Below are positions 8,436-19,780 of a stretch of 64,000 nt of DNA, one piece after another; within the stretch, counting starts at the first letter, position 1, and the number at the start of each line of letters is the position of its first letter. A model generated the notes under the pieces. The model was not told where the DNA came from. It searched no databases and saw nothing but the letters and a program-made list of their open reading frames with translations. The stretch is taken from assembly GCA_030867685.1 (NCBI GenBank), contig JAQOWU010000008.1:3162001-3226000 (forward strand). Direction: 5' to 3'. Origin of the DNA: Wickerhamiella versatilis. Its lineage: Eukaryota. A program made the position numbers and the translations under genes.

Positions 8436-11123
8436 CTATAGACCGTACATTACTCTCAGTTGTTGCTGATAGAGTACCGGGAGTTTTTGGAATACTTGAT
8501 CGAATGTGGATAGGTACTGTTTGTATCCTTGCAAAACTTTTGTTATCAGACCTCGTAAGGTAGGCGTGGGGTCATAGCAGCCACCGAAAACCTGGAGAAG
8601 TTTAACTAGTGTGGACTCATTGTCAATTGCTCCGGGATTCGCGGCGATCACGAGACACATACCCTGGAGGGCAGTGTCCTTCTCATTGGTTTCTTCTAAA
8701 TCTTGAACGATATCGAGCCATGGTGAGATGAGCAGCTTGATATGTGGAGCTACAAGCTGGGGAAGGGGAATACCAAGGCGCCCAATGGCAACAGCCGCAT
8801 TTTCTAGAAGAGGCCGTGCCTGTAAGTTGTCACCTAGCAGCACAGTACCCAGACGCTGAAACAACTGTGGGAAAAATGGTTCAATTGCAGCACCCGGGGA
8901 GCGCAATACGATTTCTCCAGCAGCCCACATAGCGTTATTACAGACCGCCTCAGCCAGAGGAGAAGTGTTGTCGATCTGTTCTATGAGAGGAGGCAATATA
9001 CTGTTCAGTGCTGGCGTCAGCTCACTCATGACAAAAATTGCCATATCCCCTATAACTGCAAGGGCGGACTGACGCACATCGTATATGTCATCGTTGAAAC
9101 AGTGCTGGATCATTGCCAACAAGGGTGGATCAACGCAACTGGCAAATAACGGCCGAATTTCATCCCCGAGCCCCTGCACAAGGCCATCAAGGAGATCAAG
9201 ACCACAAACAATGATCTCCTTATCAGGCTCATCATTTGCGATGGGGTCTGCTTTGTACTGTGCGTCAGCCACCATTGTTTGCCGTATCAGAATAACACAG
9301 CGGTCGAATACCGTTTTTGCGTAGGGCAGGAAACCATGACGGGAGGCTACTGCAACTGCACCAATTGCCTGGAATAGCGGTAGTAATTCACGATCATCAT
9401 CTGCAAGAGCTTCCCACCGCTTTGTGAGAGGGTCCATTGCCAGGTGCAGCAAACGGTTATTCGTATCCGCTTGGAAACACCACGCAACCGCACCCAACAC
9501 AGATTGAACACATTCGTAAAGTGAAAGCATATTGTGCGCTTGATACTTGGCGAAGCAGACTTGGAAATGCTGGAACAGGTTCTCTGCAAAAGGCACCAGT
9601 TTATCACCGGCGTACTCACTCAGCGTCGAAAGCGCGCAGCAACCAGCATCCTGTACCTTCTTATTGTGATCAAGCGAGCAGCGAATTACACCCTGGAAGC
9701 ATGGCACAAACAGCTCTTGGTTATCGCAAATCTGTTGTCCGTAACGTCCAAGCGTCCAACAAGTGATTTCTCTAATCTGAGCATGCTCATCGGAAAGCAG
9801 ATTGACTAGAAACGCCACAAGTTCCGGAACGAATGCTATATCATTTGCCTCGACACAGCCCTCGGCAATGGCGCCAAACGCCAGTACGGCAGATTCCCTG
9901 ACCGACCATTCCGGGGAGCTGATACGTTCAAGAAGGTGTGGCTGGGCTATCCGGAGAACATCAGCCTCAAACCTCATAGAAAACGCATCTAAAGCAGCTG
10001 CGGAACATTTTCGCAAGTTCCAGTCGTCCAAGGAAGCTTCCAGGTCATCCTCGTCTTCGGAGTCGGATGTATCTTTCACCCGATGGGCACTCTTGCTAGA
10101 TACATTAATAGGTCGAATGTCCTCAGCACGGTCGCTTTCCTTTTCATCATTTTCATTCAAATTTTCCAGCACAAATATATCCATATCTGAATAGACCATG
10201 GTTCTCAGGATCGCAGGAATGATACGGGGAAGCATTGGTCCGACAGTTTCATACTCGATGTCGCATTCTGCGAAACTCAGTATAAACTCCGCCCCCTCTA
10301 TTGCCACTGATTCATCGTCATCGTTTAGACAGTGTAGACAGTAGTTCACCACGCCGTCCAGATGCGGTACTATTTTGTCCCCCCGGGACAGAAGTAACTG
10401 ACTAAATGCCACACAAATATTCTTCCGCGTTTCCGGATAGGAATCCTGGGCAAGAGTGAAAAGTGCCTGCATGAACCTATCAATGTGCACCAGAAAACCA
10501 GCAGAGCCAAGGGGAACGAACTGGGTCAGACAAAACACAGCTGAGGTTCGTACTTTGGGAGACTCTGAGGCACACATATCAATTAGTTTCGGCACAAGTA
10601 CGTCGATGGGCCGCAGTTGCCCACCCTGAATCGGCAAATCAAGTTTTTCCGGGCTATCCTCGCACACCTTTGCCAGGGCACTCATGGCACCGTCCATGGC
10701 CACATCCAGCTTGGACTCTATCATATCGACGAGTTGAGGAAGGAGCTCTGGCCATCCATCAATACCTACTTTTCCCACCAACGTAGTAACAACGATCGAG
10801 GATATATTACGAATGGCGTGGATCTGGTCAACAAGTCCCCGAAGGGCTTGTTCCTTAACAAAGTTAACGACAGTTTCTGGTATGGCCCCAGTTAATAGTA
10901 CAGTCTTCAAATAGAGGCCACATGCCGCTCTGGTATTAGTGTCAATGTCACTAGGCTGAACAAGAATCGCTACCAGGTACGCAGCTAGATCGGCCTGCTG
11001 ACTGCGAGCATGTTCAAGGAGCTTTGTAGCCCTTATACGCTCCTGTCTCGTATCCTGCATAGACTTGTGGACAAGGCCCGCAAGCTCAACCAGCGCGCTG
11101 GGCTCAGCAGTCCAGGAGGCCAT
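8436..11123 (-). CDS. KAP104: Transportin / karyopherin beta-2
   Basis: HEAT repeats, acidic loop, WNLRKCSAAALD, ITCWTLGRY and LENAAVAIGRLG. Confidence 0.93.
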   Translation of the reverse strand: MASWTAEPSALVELAGLVHKSMQDTRQERIRATKLLEHARSQQADLAAYLVAILVQPSDIDTNTRAACGLYLKTVLLTGAIPETVVNFVKEQALRGLVDQIHAIRNISSIVVTTLVGKVGIDGWPELLPQLVDMIESKLDVAMDGAMSALAKVCEDSPEKLDLPIQGGQLRPIDVLVPKLIDMCASESPKVRTSAVFCLTQFVPLGSAGFLVHIDRFMQALFTLAQDSYPETRKNICVAFSQLLLSRGDKIVPHLDGVVNYCLHCLNDDDESVAIEGAEFILSFAECDIEYETVGPMLPRIIPAILRTMVYSDMDIFVLENLNENDEKESDRAEDIRPINVSSKSAHRVKDTSDSEDEDDLEASLDDWNLRKCSAAALDAFSMRFEADVLRIAQPHLLERISSPEWSVRESAVLAFGAIAEGCVEANDIAFVPELVAFLVNLLSDEHAQIREITCWTLGRYGQQICDNQELFVPCFQGVIRCSLDHNKKVQDAGCCALSTLSEYAGDKLVPFAENLFQHFQVCFAKYQAHNMLSLYECVQSVLGAVAWCFQADTNNRLLHLAMDPLTKRWEALADDDRELLPLFQAIGAVAVASRHGFLPYAKTVFDRCVILIRQTMVADAQYKADPIANDEPDKEIIVCGLDLLDGLVQGLGDEIRPLFASCVDPPLLAMIQHCFNDDIYDVRQSALAVIGDMAIFVMSELTPALNSILPPLIEQIDNTSPLAEAVCNNAMWAAGEIVLRSPGAAIEPFFPQLFQRLGTVLLGDNLQARPLLENAAVAIGRLGIPLPQLVAPHIKLLISPWLDIVQDLEETNEKDTALQGMCLVIAANPGAIDNESTLVKLLQVFGGCYDPTPTLRGLITKVLQGYKQYLSTFDQVFQKLPVLYQQQLRVMYGL

Positions 11124-11644
11124 GCCACAGTTCTCTCTACGTTACTAATCCATTAGTTACCCACCCCAGGTAGATGAAGAATGCCAGCGGTCAGCCGAAA
11201 TCTAAGACGAGGAAGTGGACCGCTGAAAGAACCACTGGTAAGCTAACATTCGTTATAGACTCATCGTGCTCCGAATAGACATTGGCAAACAAGATCGATG
11301 TAAAAAAGGGGTACGTGTGATAATAATATTTAAATATGTTGATATATAGATATGTTTGTTATAATTTAATATCAAACACTTAAAAAGACGTTTTAAAATC
11401 CATTAGGAGGGCACAGTGTGCCCACAGCAGGGAATTTTTTTTCTTTTTTCTCGGATAATAATATTTCGTAAATTTCGTTTCTTGCTGTGATTCCAAAGCG
11501 GTTGCCTCTGCGTGAAATAATGCAAAAAAAAATTAAATGGACAACGGATATATCGAGCGCATATTCACAAGAATTGGGCAAAAATAAACGAGGCTCTTGT
11601 ACGATACAAACGAGGGTCAGTTATCGTGAGGTCCTCAGTGGAAG

Positions 11645-12178
11645 TTAGCAAATGAGAATTGGATGGAACATTTCGACCCTTTTTGTAACAGCTTTTGTCA
11701 TTCGTTGGTTCTCCTTGAAGTTACCTGAGGAATCTTCCTGATCACCTGGGATATCAGTGTCGGGGGATACGCTTTCCGAACCCGAGGTGGTCAACTCGTC
11801 CACAAATCGCACGGACTTTAGCCGAACATGCTTGATCTTGGCTTGTGTATAAATATCTGGTTTGGGCAATTTCGGTGCTGCTAGCTCGATATTCCACTCA
11901 CTATTCATCCTAGCCAGGCGTTCGTTGGGTAACTCAATTAGCTCTGCCGGAACAAATCCCATGGACGAGTCTCGTAGCTTGCGAACATACCACCAGTACC
12001 AATGGTTGTCACTTAATAGCTGTAAAGGCTCGCCCTTCGTGATCGTGATCTGCCCGTCCTGAAAAGACGGGAAATCATGTAGTGCGTAAATGAATGGTGA
12101 AAGACTAGCATTCTCACCCGAGAACATGTTATCGCCGACAGTCTCGCACATTGGCGCTGACATCGATGCCGTTTTCAT
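11645..12178 (-). CDS. SH3-domain protein, short Bud14/Tea4-like
   Basis: IYALHDF...LLSDNHWYWWYVR...GFVPAELIELPNERLARMN, plus a KSVRF RVxF-type PP1 docking motif. Confidence 0.7.
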   Translation of the reverse strand: MKTASMSAPMCETVGDNMFSGENASLSPFIYALHDFPSFQDGQITITKGEPLQLLSDNHWYWWYVRKLRDSSMGFVPAELIELPNERLARMNSEWNIELAAPKLPKPDIYTQAKIKHVRLKSVRFVDELTTSGSESVSPDTDIPGDQEDSSGNFKENQRMTKAVTKRVEMFHPILIC

Positions 12179-12668
12179 GCAGGTATCGTGTGTTTTATGA
12201 AGGTGGGCTTACTTTATCTGGATCCTGAATGTAACTTCTCCTCCACCCTCACTCAGATCACCTAACCCTATCAAAAGCTGTCTAAATATCATGGGCATAA
12301 CCCTAAGAGATGCATATTATCAACGCGAGGCCTGAATATATTTCATTAGTCGAGATATGGATTTTTCGGCTCGAGAAGTGGCAATAATCGGTGACGTCGT
12401 CATCGCCCGTTCAGCATCAGTGCCCGCTTATATGGGCAAGGGTATCTTATATAACCTGTGACTCCTGCACCCGAGTAAGAGGTGGAGAGAGCGGCTGTGC
12501 TATACTGAGTGGGCACGATTAGCTTCGATAGGTACACGCATTAAAGGCTTGAGATTTATAGCAAAGTTTTCCCTTTTTTCCTCCAGCAATATTTGCCTGA
12601 AAAAGCTAGGTTTCATGCCTGTCTATTCATAACCTTAAATGATTTATAATCACATACTAGCTTAAACA

Positions 12669-13253
12669 CTAGTCAGTATCTTTTCTGTCGTCAGGTGATC
12701 TGCGTGCCAGGGCACGGCTCTTTACAAGCACATTTTGATAGACACTTAAAAAGAAAGCAGCAAATGAAAATGTAGGGGTCCACGCCATCCTTGGGATGTA
12801 CCGTAGAGCGAATGCGATAAGAATTGGTGACGAGACCCACGTAGATCGGACCATGGGCCAATAGGCAGCTTTAAAGCGGGCTTTTAGCTCTGTCCAAGTG
12901 CGGGCACCCGCAATTATAGCCATTGCTGTTAGGGATGCAGCACAAAGAATGGGGTTGACCACTAGATTAATCGCCACGATCTGCCACAGCTTGACCATGA
13001 GGCCATGTCGATCGCGAAACACCCGATGGATCCCGGCATAGAGATAATGGTTGAGGGGACCTGATACAAAGAAGCCATAGAGGACCATCTGAGGGATGCG
13101 ACGGTTGGCCAGGATCGTTCCCTTTTCCCCGGCAATTAAACTGGCAATGAGCTCGCTGAGCCCGGACAGGGCCCCATTCGTTAAGGCTTTGGTCCGCACG
13201 GGGTGCCTGTTCAAGGCAGCAAAATATGAAATCGCCAGCTGCTGAGGGTCCAT
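12669..13253 (-). CDS. Mpv17/PMP22 family peroxisomal membrane protein
   Basis: Y..AL..HPVRTKALT, YGFFVSGPLNHYLY, four hydrophobic segments. Confidence 0.85.
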   Translation of the reverse strand: MDPQQLAISYFAALNRHPVRTKALTNGALSGLSELIASLIAGEKGTILANRRIPQMVLYGFFVSGPLNHYLYAGIHRVFRDRHGLMVKLWQIVAINLVVNPILCAASLTAMAIIAGARTWTELKARFKAAYWPMVRSTWVSSPILIAFALRYIPRMAWTPTFSFAAFFLSVYQNVLVKSRALARRSPDDRKDTD

Positions 13254-13599
13254 ATGATTACGAAATAGGTAAATGCGGAGAAGTTGTCACCTTGCGCGAT
13301 TAGCTCCCTACTATTACGTGTTGGGGGCGTTTTTGGGTCTCTGGGCTTGCGTATATACATATACATATATTAAGTGAAACGTCTGGGGTGGCATTTGAGT
13401 CCGGTGTGGGCCGTGCTTAGCTGCTTGTAAAAACCGAGACTCCATGTAGCTCAACACTCTTGAATTGCTTCTATGGGGCTTAAGGACGCCTAGCTGGCTG
13501 TACCAGCCAAGTTGTTTGGATAAATCGGTTGGGCACAGTAATGGTACAATATAGAGAGACCATTACTAATCTGTGCTGCCTAGCCGCACTGAGGGCCTA

Positions 13600-15123
13600 A
13601 TGGATCTCCATGACCTAGGACCAGGCTCACAGATGCCAGAAGACAAGCTGGACCTCGGTCTCACTAGTGAAGATCATGGTCTCCTTGGTCAGGACATGGA
13701 CATTGAAGCTCAGGGTGAGTCCTCGCATGTAGTCCGTAGCCCCCCGACGGCTGGGATCGCAGGGGACGAGAAACCTGCCGAAGCGAATAGCGCGATCAAA
13801 ACCGAGCCAAGCGCGCGCCAGTCGCACATGGTGGTTGTTCCGAGCTACTCATCTTGGTTTGATATGACGCGCATACACGAAATTGAGCGGGAATGTCTTC
13901 CGGAGTTTTTCACCGGTAAGAATGGGGGAAAGACCCCGCAGACCTATGTGAAATTTCGTAACTTCATTGTTAATACTTATAGGCTCGAGCCCACGGAGTA
14001 TCTCACCGTCACTGCCTGCCGTCGCAACCTGCTGGGAGACTCGGGCACTATAATGCGAGTTCACAACTTTTTGGAAAAATGGGGCCTCATTAACTACCAG
14101 GTTGACATAGAGGCGCGGCCTGTGAACGTTGAGCCCCCTTTCACGGGACACTGGCAGGTTAGGTACGACATGCCTCGAGGTATGTTTCCTTTTCAGGTCT
14201 ATCATGGTATGGAGGATCCGAATCTCCAGCCCCGTGGTCCTGCCAGCTCTAATGGCCCACATTCTGGCCCTGGTGGTCCTAGTGGTACTGATGGTGCCGG
14301 TGTTAGCCCACATAGGCCGCCGGGACAGTCGAGCCAGAACGATCTCAGCCAGAAGTCTTGGAAATTCGAAGACAAGGACTGGTCGCGTGATGATGTGCTT
14401 AAGCTTTTGGACGCTGTCGAAAAATACCCACACAGCTGGGATACTATTGCCAAGGTTGTGGGGCGCTCGAAATCTGACGCAATTACGAAGTTTGTGCAGC
14501 AAAATACCGAGGACAGGTTTTGTGAAAATCTCGGACCACTGAAGTATAACTCTAGTCACATTCCATTCTCAAGGGCCGAGAATCCCGTATTATCAGTACT
14601 GAGCTTTCTTGCTGGCCTTGCCGATCCACAGGAGGTCAAAATAGCGATTGAAGCCATTCGAGCTAAAACAGGTAAGGAGGAGGTTGATCCCCTCCCTATC
14701 TCGTTGGCGCTGGCCGCCACCCGATCCCATAAAATGGATAACGATACTGGGCGAGGAATAGCCTCGAAGTATATTGACTTAGTAGCTCGGGAGATGGAGG
14801 TTATCAAAATGAGGATGTCGAAGTTTCATAGAATGGAGGAGGCAATAGAAATAGAACGACGTGAGATGGATTACGAGCGAGAACTTTTGTTCTTAGATAG
14901 ATTGAATCACCGCCGGGCACTCGAGGATCGTGCGCGGACTATCGACGAAGCAGCTCGAGCGTTGGATGCTGGAGATAGCACTAAAGCCCGCGAGCTATCG
15001 GCGAAGCTGCGATCGAGTCTCGACAATCCAGAAAGTCTAATCTATGAAAGTAGTGGCCAGGAGGCGGATGCGAAGCCCTACAGTCTTATAGCGAAGGAAA
15101 CGTTCAAAACATGGCATATGTGA
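13600..15123 (+). CDS. SWI3: SWI/SNF SWIRM-SANT subunit, Swi3-like
   Basis: SWIRM (PSYSSWFD, YLTVTACRRNL, FLEKWGLINYQ), SANT and IPFSRAENPVLS. It lacks the Rsc8 ZZ finger. First ATG is 13600; the true start is uncertain. Confidence 0.8.
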   Translation: MDLHDLGPGSQMPEDKLDLGLTSEDHGLLGQDMDIEAQGESSHVVRSPPTAGIAGDEKPAEANSAIKTEPSARQSHMVVVPSYSSWFDMTRIHEIERECLPEFFTGKNGGKTPQTYVKFRNFIVNTYRLEPTEYLTVTACRRNLLGDSGTIMRVHNFLEKWGLINYQVDIEARPVNVEPPFTGHWQVRYDMPRGMFPFQVYHGMEDPNLQPRGPASSNGPHSGPGGPSGTDGAGVSPHRPPGQSSQNDLSQKSWKFEDKDWSRDDVLKLLDAVEKYPHSWDTIAKVVGRSKSDAITKFVQQNTEDRFCENLGPLKYNSSHIPFSRAENPVLSVLSFLAGLADPQEVKIAIEAIRAKTGKEEVDPLPISLALAATRSHKMDNDTGRGIASKYIDLVAREMEVIKMRMSKFHRMEEAIEIERREMDYERELLFLDRLNHRRALEDRARTIDEAARALDAGDSTKARELSAKLRSSLDNPESLIYESSGQEADAKPYSLIAKETFKTWHM

Positions 15124-15352
15124 GTTGCGCAGTGATTTGCTAGTTTGCTCCTCTGTTAAAACTTGTCTTTCCACTGTAAACCCCTGTAATTTTCATATTA
15201 TGATGGCTTTGTTGCATTGTTGATTGTCGGAAACGCATTAATGGCACCTACCGGAATTCATTCGAAGCCTTGGCAAAATAAAAAAAATTGAGTAAATCCG
15301 ATTCTTGTTGGTTTTTTTTTAAGAAATAGCTAATTCTAACTCTAATGGTCAC

Positions 15353-15961
15353 TTACACCAGTGCCTTGCGAGAGCCCTTAAAGAAATACTGCACAATAAA
15401 GACATTAAGCAAGGCCATGCTGATGATTGCCAATAGTTCTATGATGCAATACCACCAAATACGGGATGAAGTTGAGAGAACAGTGGACTCATTTCGCACG
15501 TTACGAGTCTTGTAGTACTGGAGCGAGCGGGAGATCTCACTAGCCTGGCGGTCAAGCTTTGCCAGATATTGTTCAATTTTATCCGTTTGACCCTCACCAA
15601 TAGTTGGTGGAAGCTCTGCAACAATAGAGTTCGTGTCAACTTCGAACGAAAACTCGATTCTTTTACTACCAACAGTGGACATGTCGTTGTTGAAACAAAG
15701 CTCGTACTCACCAGGCTGCTGAGCCGTGGTGGCTAGTTCGTCACCCTGACTTCGGCTCCATTTTTTAAGAACAGCCCTATCTGGACGCGAAAAAACCGCG
15801 TCGATATCGAAATTACCTCCAGACATGACCGTGAAGCTCAGCCCAATCTTCGCTCCTGTCTGGTGTGCTTGCGCATAAAAGCATTTCTCAGTATTGGCAG
15901 GTAGTTCTATTGTCAAAGGAATAGAAGCTGCCACCAGTGAAAACAGCCAAAAAAATAGCAT
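15353..15961 (-). CDS. p24 gamma cargo receptor (Erp2/Erp4-like)
   Basis: Signal peptide, GOLD domain (GGNFDID, GEYELCFNN), RNESTVLST, TM plus FF tail. Confidence 0.85.
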   Translation of the reverse strand: MLFFWLFSLVAASIPLTIELPANTEKCFYAQAHQTGAKIGLSFTVMSGGNFDIDAVFSRPDRAVLKKWSRSQGDELATTAQQPGEYELCFNNDMSTVGSKRIEFSFEVDTNSIVAELPPTIGEGQTDKIEQYLAKLDRQASEISRSLQYYKTRNVRNESTVLSTSSRIWWYCIIELLAIISMALLNVFIVQYFFKGSRKALV

Positions 15962-16317
15962 GCTCCACCCGACCTTCAAGATGATGAGTTGTTAACCCCT
16001 AACCCACAAAATTTAGCTGGTCAGCACGTATCCAAATCCGCCCCTGTCCTGGCAGATTTTATAACACGACCGGCCCGTCAATGTAGAGTTAAATGTCAAA
16101 GCGACGTGTATTATGACACATTTAGAGTATTAAGGTATATTATATGACGTTTGCTGGATCTAGGTGTGAATTTGCAGTTCCAAATTTACTTGGCCCGTGT
16201 ATGTACCTTTGAGCTCCCAGTGCTCTAATTTTTTGTACGCATCACATTTCTGAATGGTGTGGCTAATGGAATGTTTACCTTTATTTAAAATTTATTTAGT
16301 AAGACGCGACGGTTGAC

Positions 16318-17490
16318 ATGTCGGACGACCATGAGCGTACTGATGATTCCGATGTCGTACACGAGATCGAGGAGCTTGAGACAAGCTTTGCCGGATTGAA
16401 AAACCAGTTTTTCCTACTGGATAAAATAGGCGAAGGTACGTTCAGCAGTGTATACCGGGCCATTGATTTAGTCCGAGATGAGTATTCCACCCAATGGGAA
16501 AAAGAGACGGAGACGGCCCCAAGTGACTTAGTGGCTGTTAAGAGAATACACGTAACGTCCTCGCCAGTACGCATAGCAAATGAGCTCGAAATACTCAGTG
16601 GACTCACCGACTCGCGCTACGTCAGTCACGTTATTACTGCATTAAGGCATGAAGATCAAGTTCTGCTTGTCATGCCGTATATTAAATTCACTGATTATCG
16701 CGAGTTTTACCGTTCACTGACGATGGGACAGCTGCGAGACTACATGCAACAACTATTAAGTGGACTTGAATATATCCACGACCGCGGCGTAATTCACCGT
16801 GATATCAAACCAACCAATTTCCTTTTTGATATGAATACACGTCGGGGAATACTTGTCGACTTTGGGCTTGCAGAATATGAAGATTTGACCCGGGGCCGAT
16901 GCATGTGTGAGGAAGGGGGGTTGAAGAGCCAGCTCAAACCGCAGTTGGGGTATCGCAGGGACGATGTACGGCCAACGAGACGTGCTAATCGTGCAGGCAC
17001 CCGCGGCTTCCGGGCTCCAGAGGTTCTATTCAAGTGTGGCCGCCAAACGCGCGGTATAGATATTTGGGCAGCGGGGGCGATTCTTTTGTCCCTGCTATCA
17101 GGGAGATTCCCATTCTTCAATTCGCTTGATGATGGCGAGGCCATTGTGGAAATGGCGACTATCTTTGGCAAGCGGGCCATGATCCGCTCAGCCCTGCTGC
17201 ACGGGGTCGGGTTCGAAACTAATTTACCAACAATAAAGGACCAGGGCTATTCACTACAGGAGCTGATCAACTGGTGTAGACACAGAGATGTGGACCAAGA
17301 GTTTGATCCCAATGAACAGCAGGCGGTTGATTTGCTGGCGCAATGCCTTGAGCTGGACTTTCGGCGGCGTCCTACAGCTTCTCAACTTCTACGCCATCCC
17401 TTCCTAGAGCAAACGGGAAACTCAGATGATGGCCAAATTTCTATACACACATCTAGAACTACGGAATCAGATACTCAGGAATCCGAGTAA
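16318..17490 (+). CDS. CDC7: DDK catalytic kinase Cdc7
   Basis: KIGEGTFSSVY, HRDIKPTNFL, and the Cdc7-typical RANRAGTRGFRAPEVL. Confidence 0.95.
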   Translation: MSDDHERTDDSDVVHEIEELETSFAGLKNQFFLLDKIGEGTFSSVYRAIDLVRDEYSTQWEKETETAPSDLVAVKRIHVTSSPVRIANELEILSGLTDSRYVSHVITALRHEDQVLLVMPYIKFTDYREFYRSLTMGQLRDYMQQLLSGLEYIHDRGVIHRDIKPTNFLFDMNTRRGILVDFGLAEYEDLTRGRCMCEEGGLKSQLKPQLGYRRDDVRPTRRANRAGTRGFRAPEVLFKCGRQTRGIDIWAAGAILLSLLSGRFPFFNSLDDGEAIVEMATIFGKRAMIRSALLHGVGFETNLPTIKDQGYSLQELINWCRHRDVDQEFDPNEQQAVDLLAQCLELDFRRRPTASQLLRHPFLEQTGNSDDGQISIHTSRTTESDTQESE

Positions 17491-17532
17491 GCAAGGTTTC
17501 CCTTGTAACTCACCTGAACACCTACCTCAACA

Positions 17533-17817
17533 ATGTTTACGGGGAACACAAGGCCGAATGCCAACAGTTTACCGTCGTCAGAACACCCGAAGAGCCAAAG
17601 AGACCCTCGCATCGTTTCTCATGAGCGTGCGCGGGCGGTCGCTTCACGACTCTACGACTACCAAATAAAACTAGAATCCCAGGGCCTCGAAGGAGACGAA
17701 CTTCAGAAAAGGCTTGAAAATGAGCGCACAAGGCTTAACAAAGTCATTTTTACCGAGGATCGCAGGATCGACAGATTTTCAGGTCATCATGAGAGCAACA
17801 ACGAGTTAAACTACTAA
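17533..17817 (+). CDS. CWC21: Short cwf21-domain splicing factor (Cwc21-like)
   Basis: DPRIVSHERARAV..LESQG...ELQKRLENERTRL resembles the cwf21 domain. Confidence 0.6.
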   Translation: MFTGNTRPNANSLPSSEHPKSQRDPRIVSHERARAVASRLYDYQIKLESQGLEGDELQKRLENERTRLNKVIFTEDRRIDRFSGHHESNNELNY

Positions 17818-17850
17818 TATGTACACGATTTTGAAATGATAGGATAGAAA

Positions 17851-18237
17851 TCAAAGACCTAGCTTTGTTTGCTCCTCCTCAGGAATGTGCTCAGCACCTG
17901 ATACGGAAATAAGCTCTTGCAAAAGATCGGCCGTTGACTTGTTAGCCGCAAGAACAGATTTGGAGGAACCATCACGGAATTCAACGATTAATTCAGGCTG
18001 AATATTGCTACTTGTATATCTTTTCACGGAAATTTGTAGTTGTGGGTTGTAAAACTGGATCGGTGGTAAATTAGCCCGCCAAAATTGTTTTGCACCATGC
18101 GAGCCCTCATTCACATGACGCTGGAGCCGAAGTTCGAGACGTGAGACATTCTGAGGCAACCTTAGTGCCGCAGGACCTGTACTTAGAGCATTAAGACGCT
18201 CTACCTGGTGCTTCACGCCACGAGGCAGAAGTTTCAT
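17851..18237 (-). CDS. MRP49: Mitochondrial ribosomal protein mL61
   Basis: TGPAALRLP and GAKQFWRANLPPIQFYNP motifs; first ATG 18237. Confidence 0.85.
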   Translation of the reverse strand: MKLLPRGVKHQVERLNALSTGPAALRLPQNVSRLELRLQRHVNEGSHGAKQFWRANLPPIQFYNPQLQISVKRYTSSNIQPELIVEFRDGSSKSVLAANKSTADLLQELISVSGAEHIPEEEQTKLGL

Positions 18238-18665
18238 AGCTCCTCTATCTCTGAGAAGTGACAAATTATTAGTCAGAGGACGGAAAACTGCAAAATGTCT
18301 CAATTTACAATTACTATTTCGCCATGGTCACGAAAGGTTGCGCAGTATAGACTTATGAATAGATAGAATAGGGATAATTATTGGGTAGTGCACTCGAATT
18401 GTTTATTATGCCTACTCTAGTGTTAAAAAATGACTGTAGTCATCTTTCTATTCATGTAAGCTACCGACAATATCTATCTTATCGTAGTTACCACTAAATT
18501 TCCGGCCAATTCGAATACGCAAATTGTACGGATGAGGGTGTGTGCTTGTGAATCACCACGGACTTTAGCGCCACGGGTTCACTTGATGACACCTCAGGTT
18601 ATTTACATGCCAGAAAAAAAAAGCGAACTGTTAAGAATGGCCAACACCGGTAAATATATGTACAA

Positions 18666-19190
18666 CTACTCCAGCGTGAGTTTGCCACCAAGTCCTTCAA
18701 TAGTGGCTTTGATCTTCTCAGCATCCTCCTTAGGCACGTTGTCCTTCAGGACCTTGGGAGCACTCTCCACAAGCTTCTTCGATTCAACCAAAGACAGGCC
18801 CAACATGTTCTTGACCTCCTTGATGATCTTCGGCTTGGACTTGGGGTCGAAGCCCTCGAGCTTGAGGGTGAAGATCATCTTTTCCTCGGCTGGCGGAGCG
18901 GCCTCTTCCTCAGCAGCATCCGCAGGTGCAGCGGCAGGTGCAGCAGCGCCTGCGACAGGCATAGCAATATCTGGGATATCCAGCCGCTCCTTAAGCTCAC
19001 GCACCAATGCACTAGTTTCGAGGATGGTCAACTTCGAGATTTCGTCAACAATGGAAGAGATTTTGGGGTCCACGGGGGGCTTACCAGCACCCTCTACCGC
19101 TTCGGTGCTGTTAAAACGAATACCAACATTAGCCACAGTGCGCAAAGCGCCTGGGCGGCGCGCTACCCTCAAGAGATTACGGCTCAGCAT
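18666..19190 (-). CDS. MNP1: Mitochondrial ribosomal protein bL12m
   Basis: Presequence [24 protein letters not shown] and [13 protein letters not shown]. Confidence 0.92.
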   Translation of the reverse strand: MLSRNLLRVARRPGALRTVANVGIRFNSTEAVEGAGKPPVDPKISSIVDEISKLTILETSALVRELKERLDIPDIAMPVAGAAAPAAAPADAAEEEAAPPAEEKMIFTLKLEGFDPKSKPKIIKEVKNMLGLSLVESKKLVESAPKVLKDNVPKEDAEKIKATIEGLGGKLTLE

Positions 19191-19246
19191 CACTGGTGGT
19201 GAAAACGTACGTACGTAATTTGTCACTTACTCAGCTGACACTCAGG

Positions 19247-19600
19247 ATGGCGAGCTTCCGTTTCTGCCTTGAGTGCAACAATATGCTGTACCCTAAGGAG
19301 GACAGAGTTAATCAACAGCTCCTGTACTCCTGCAGAAATTGTATGTACACAGAAAAGGCGTCAAGCCCCTTGATATATCGCAACGAATTGATCTCGGCCA
19401 TCGGGGAGACGGCAGGCGTAACCCAGGACTTGGCGTCCGACCCAACGCTCCCACACACCCCGGTGGAATGCCCAAAGTGTCATCAGCATGAGTGTGTATA
19501 CTTCCAGAGTCAGCAGCGCCGTGCAGAGACCTCCATGGTCCTGTTCTATGACTGTATACACTGTGGTCATGTTTTCCGGTCCTTGCCTCAGGACTCTTAA
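19247..19600 (+). CDS. RPB9: RNA polymerase II subunit Rpb9
   Basis: [21 protein letters not shown], two zinc ribbons. Confidence 0.96.
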   Translation: MASFRFCLECNNMLYPKEDRVNQQLLYSCRNCMYTEKASSPLIYRNELISAIGETAGVTQDLASDPTLPHTPVECPKCHQHECVYFQSQQRRAETSMVLFYDCIHCGHVFRSLPQDS

Positions 19601-19780
19601 CAGAAACAAACATAGATATTTATTTCTGCAAGCCATGTGAGTACCACGCAGCCCCTAATATCTGACAGAACGACTGTACCATAAAATAAATGCCCTCGTG
19701 TGACTTGGGGTAAGGGCGGTGCCCCACGGAGTCCACGAGGCAAGGGAAACAACCTTTTATCTAGTCATTGTTTCCTCGCA

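Noticed and set aside
12261-12306. CCTAACCCTA / TAACCCTAA as telomere remnant or telomerase template
   Set aside because: Single short motifs recur in several promoters here, which is more consistent with Tbf1-type sites.
13849-14559. 236 aa antisense ORF (also 18532-19218 and 4018-4461)
   Set aside because: Antisense to conserved SWI3, MNP1 and RPL17; explained by codon bias, and no recognisable motifs.
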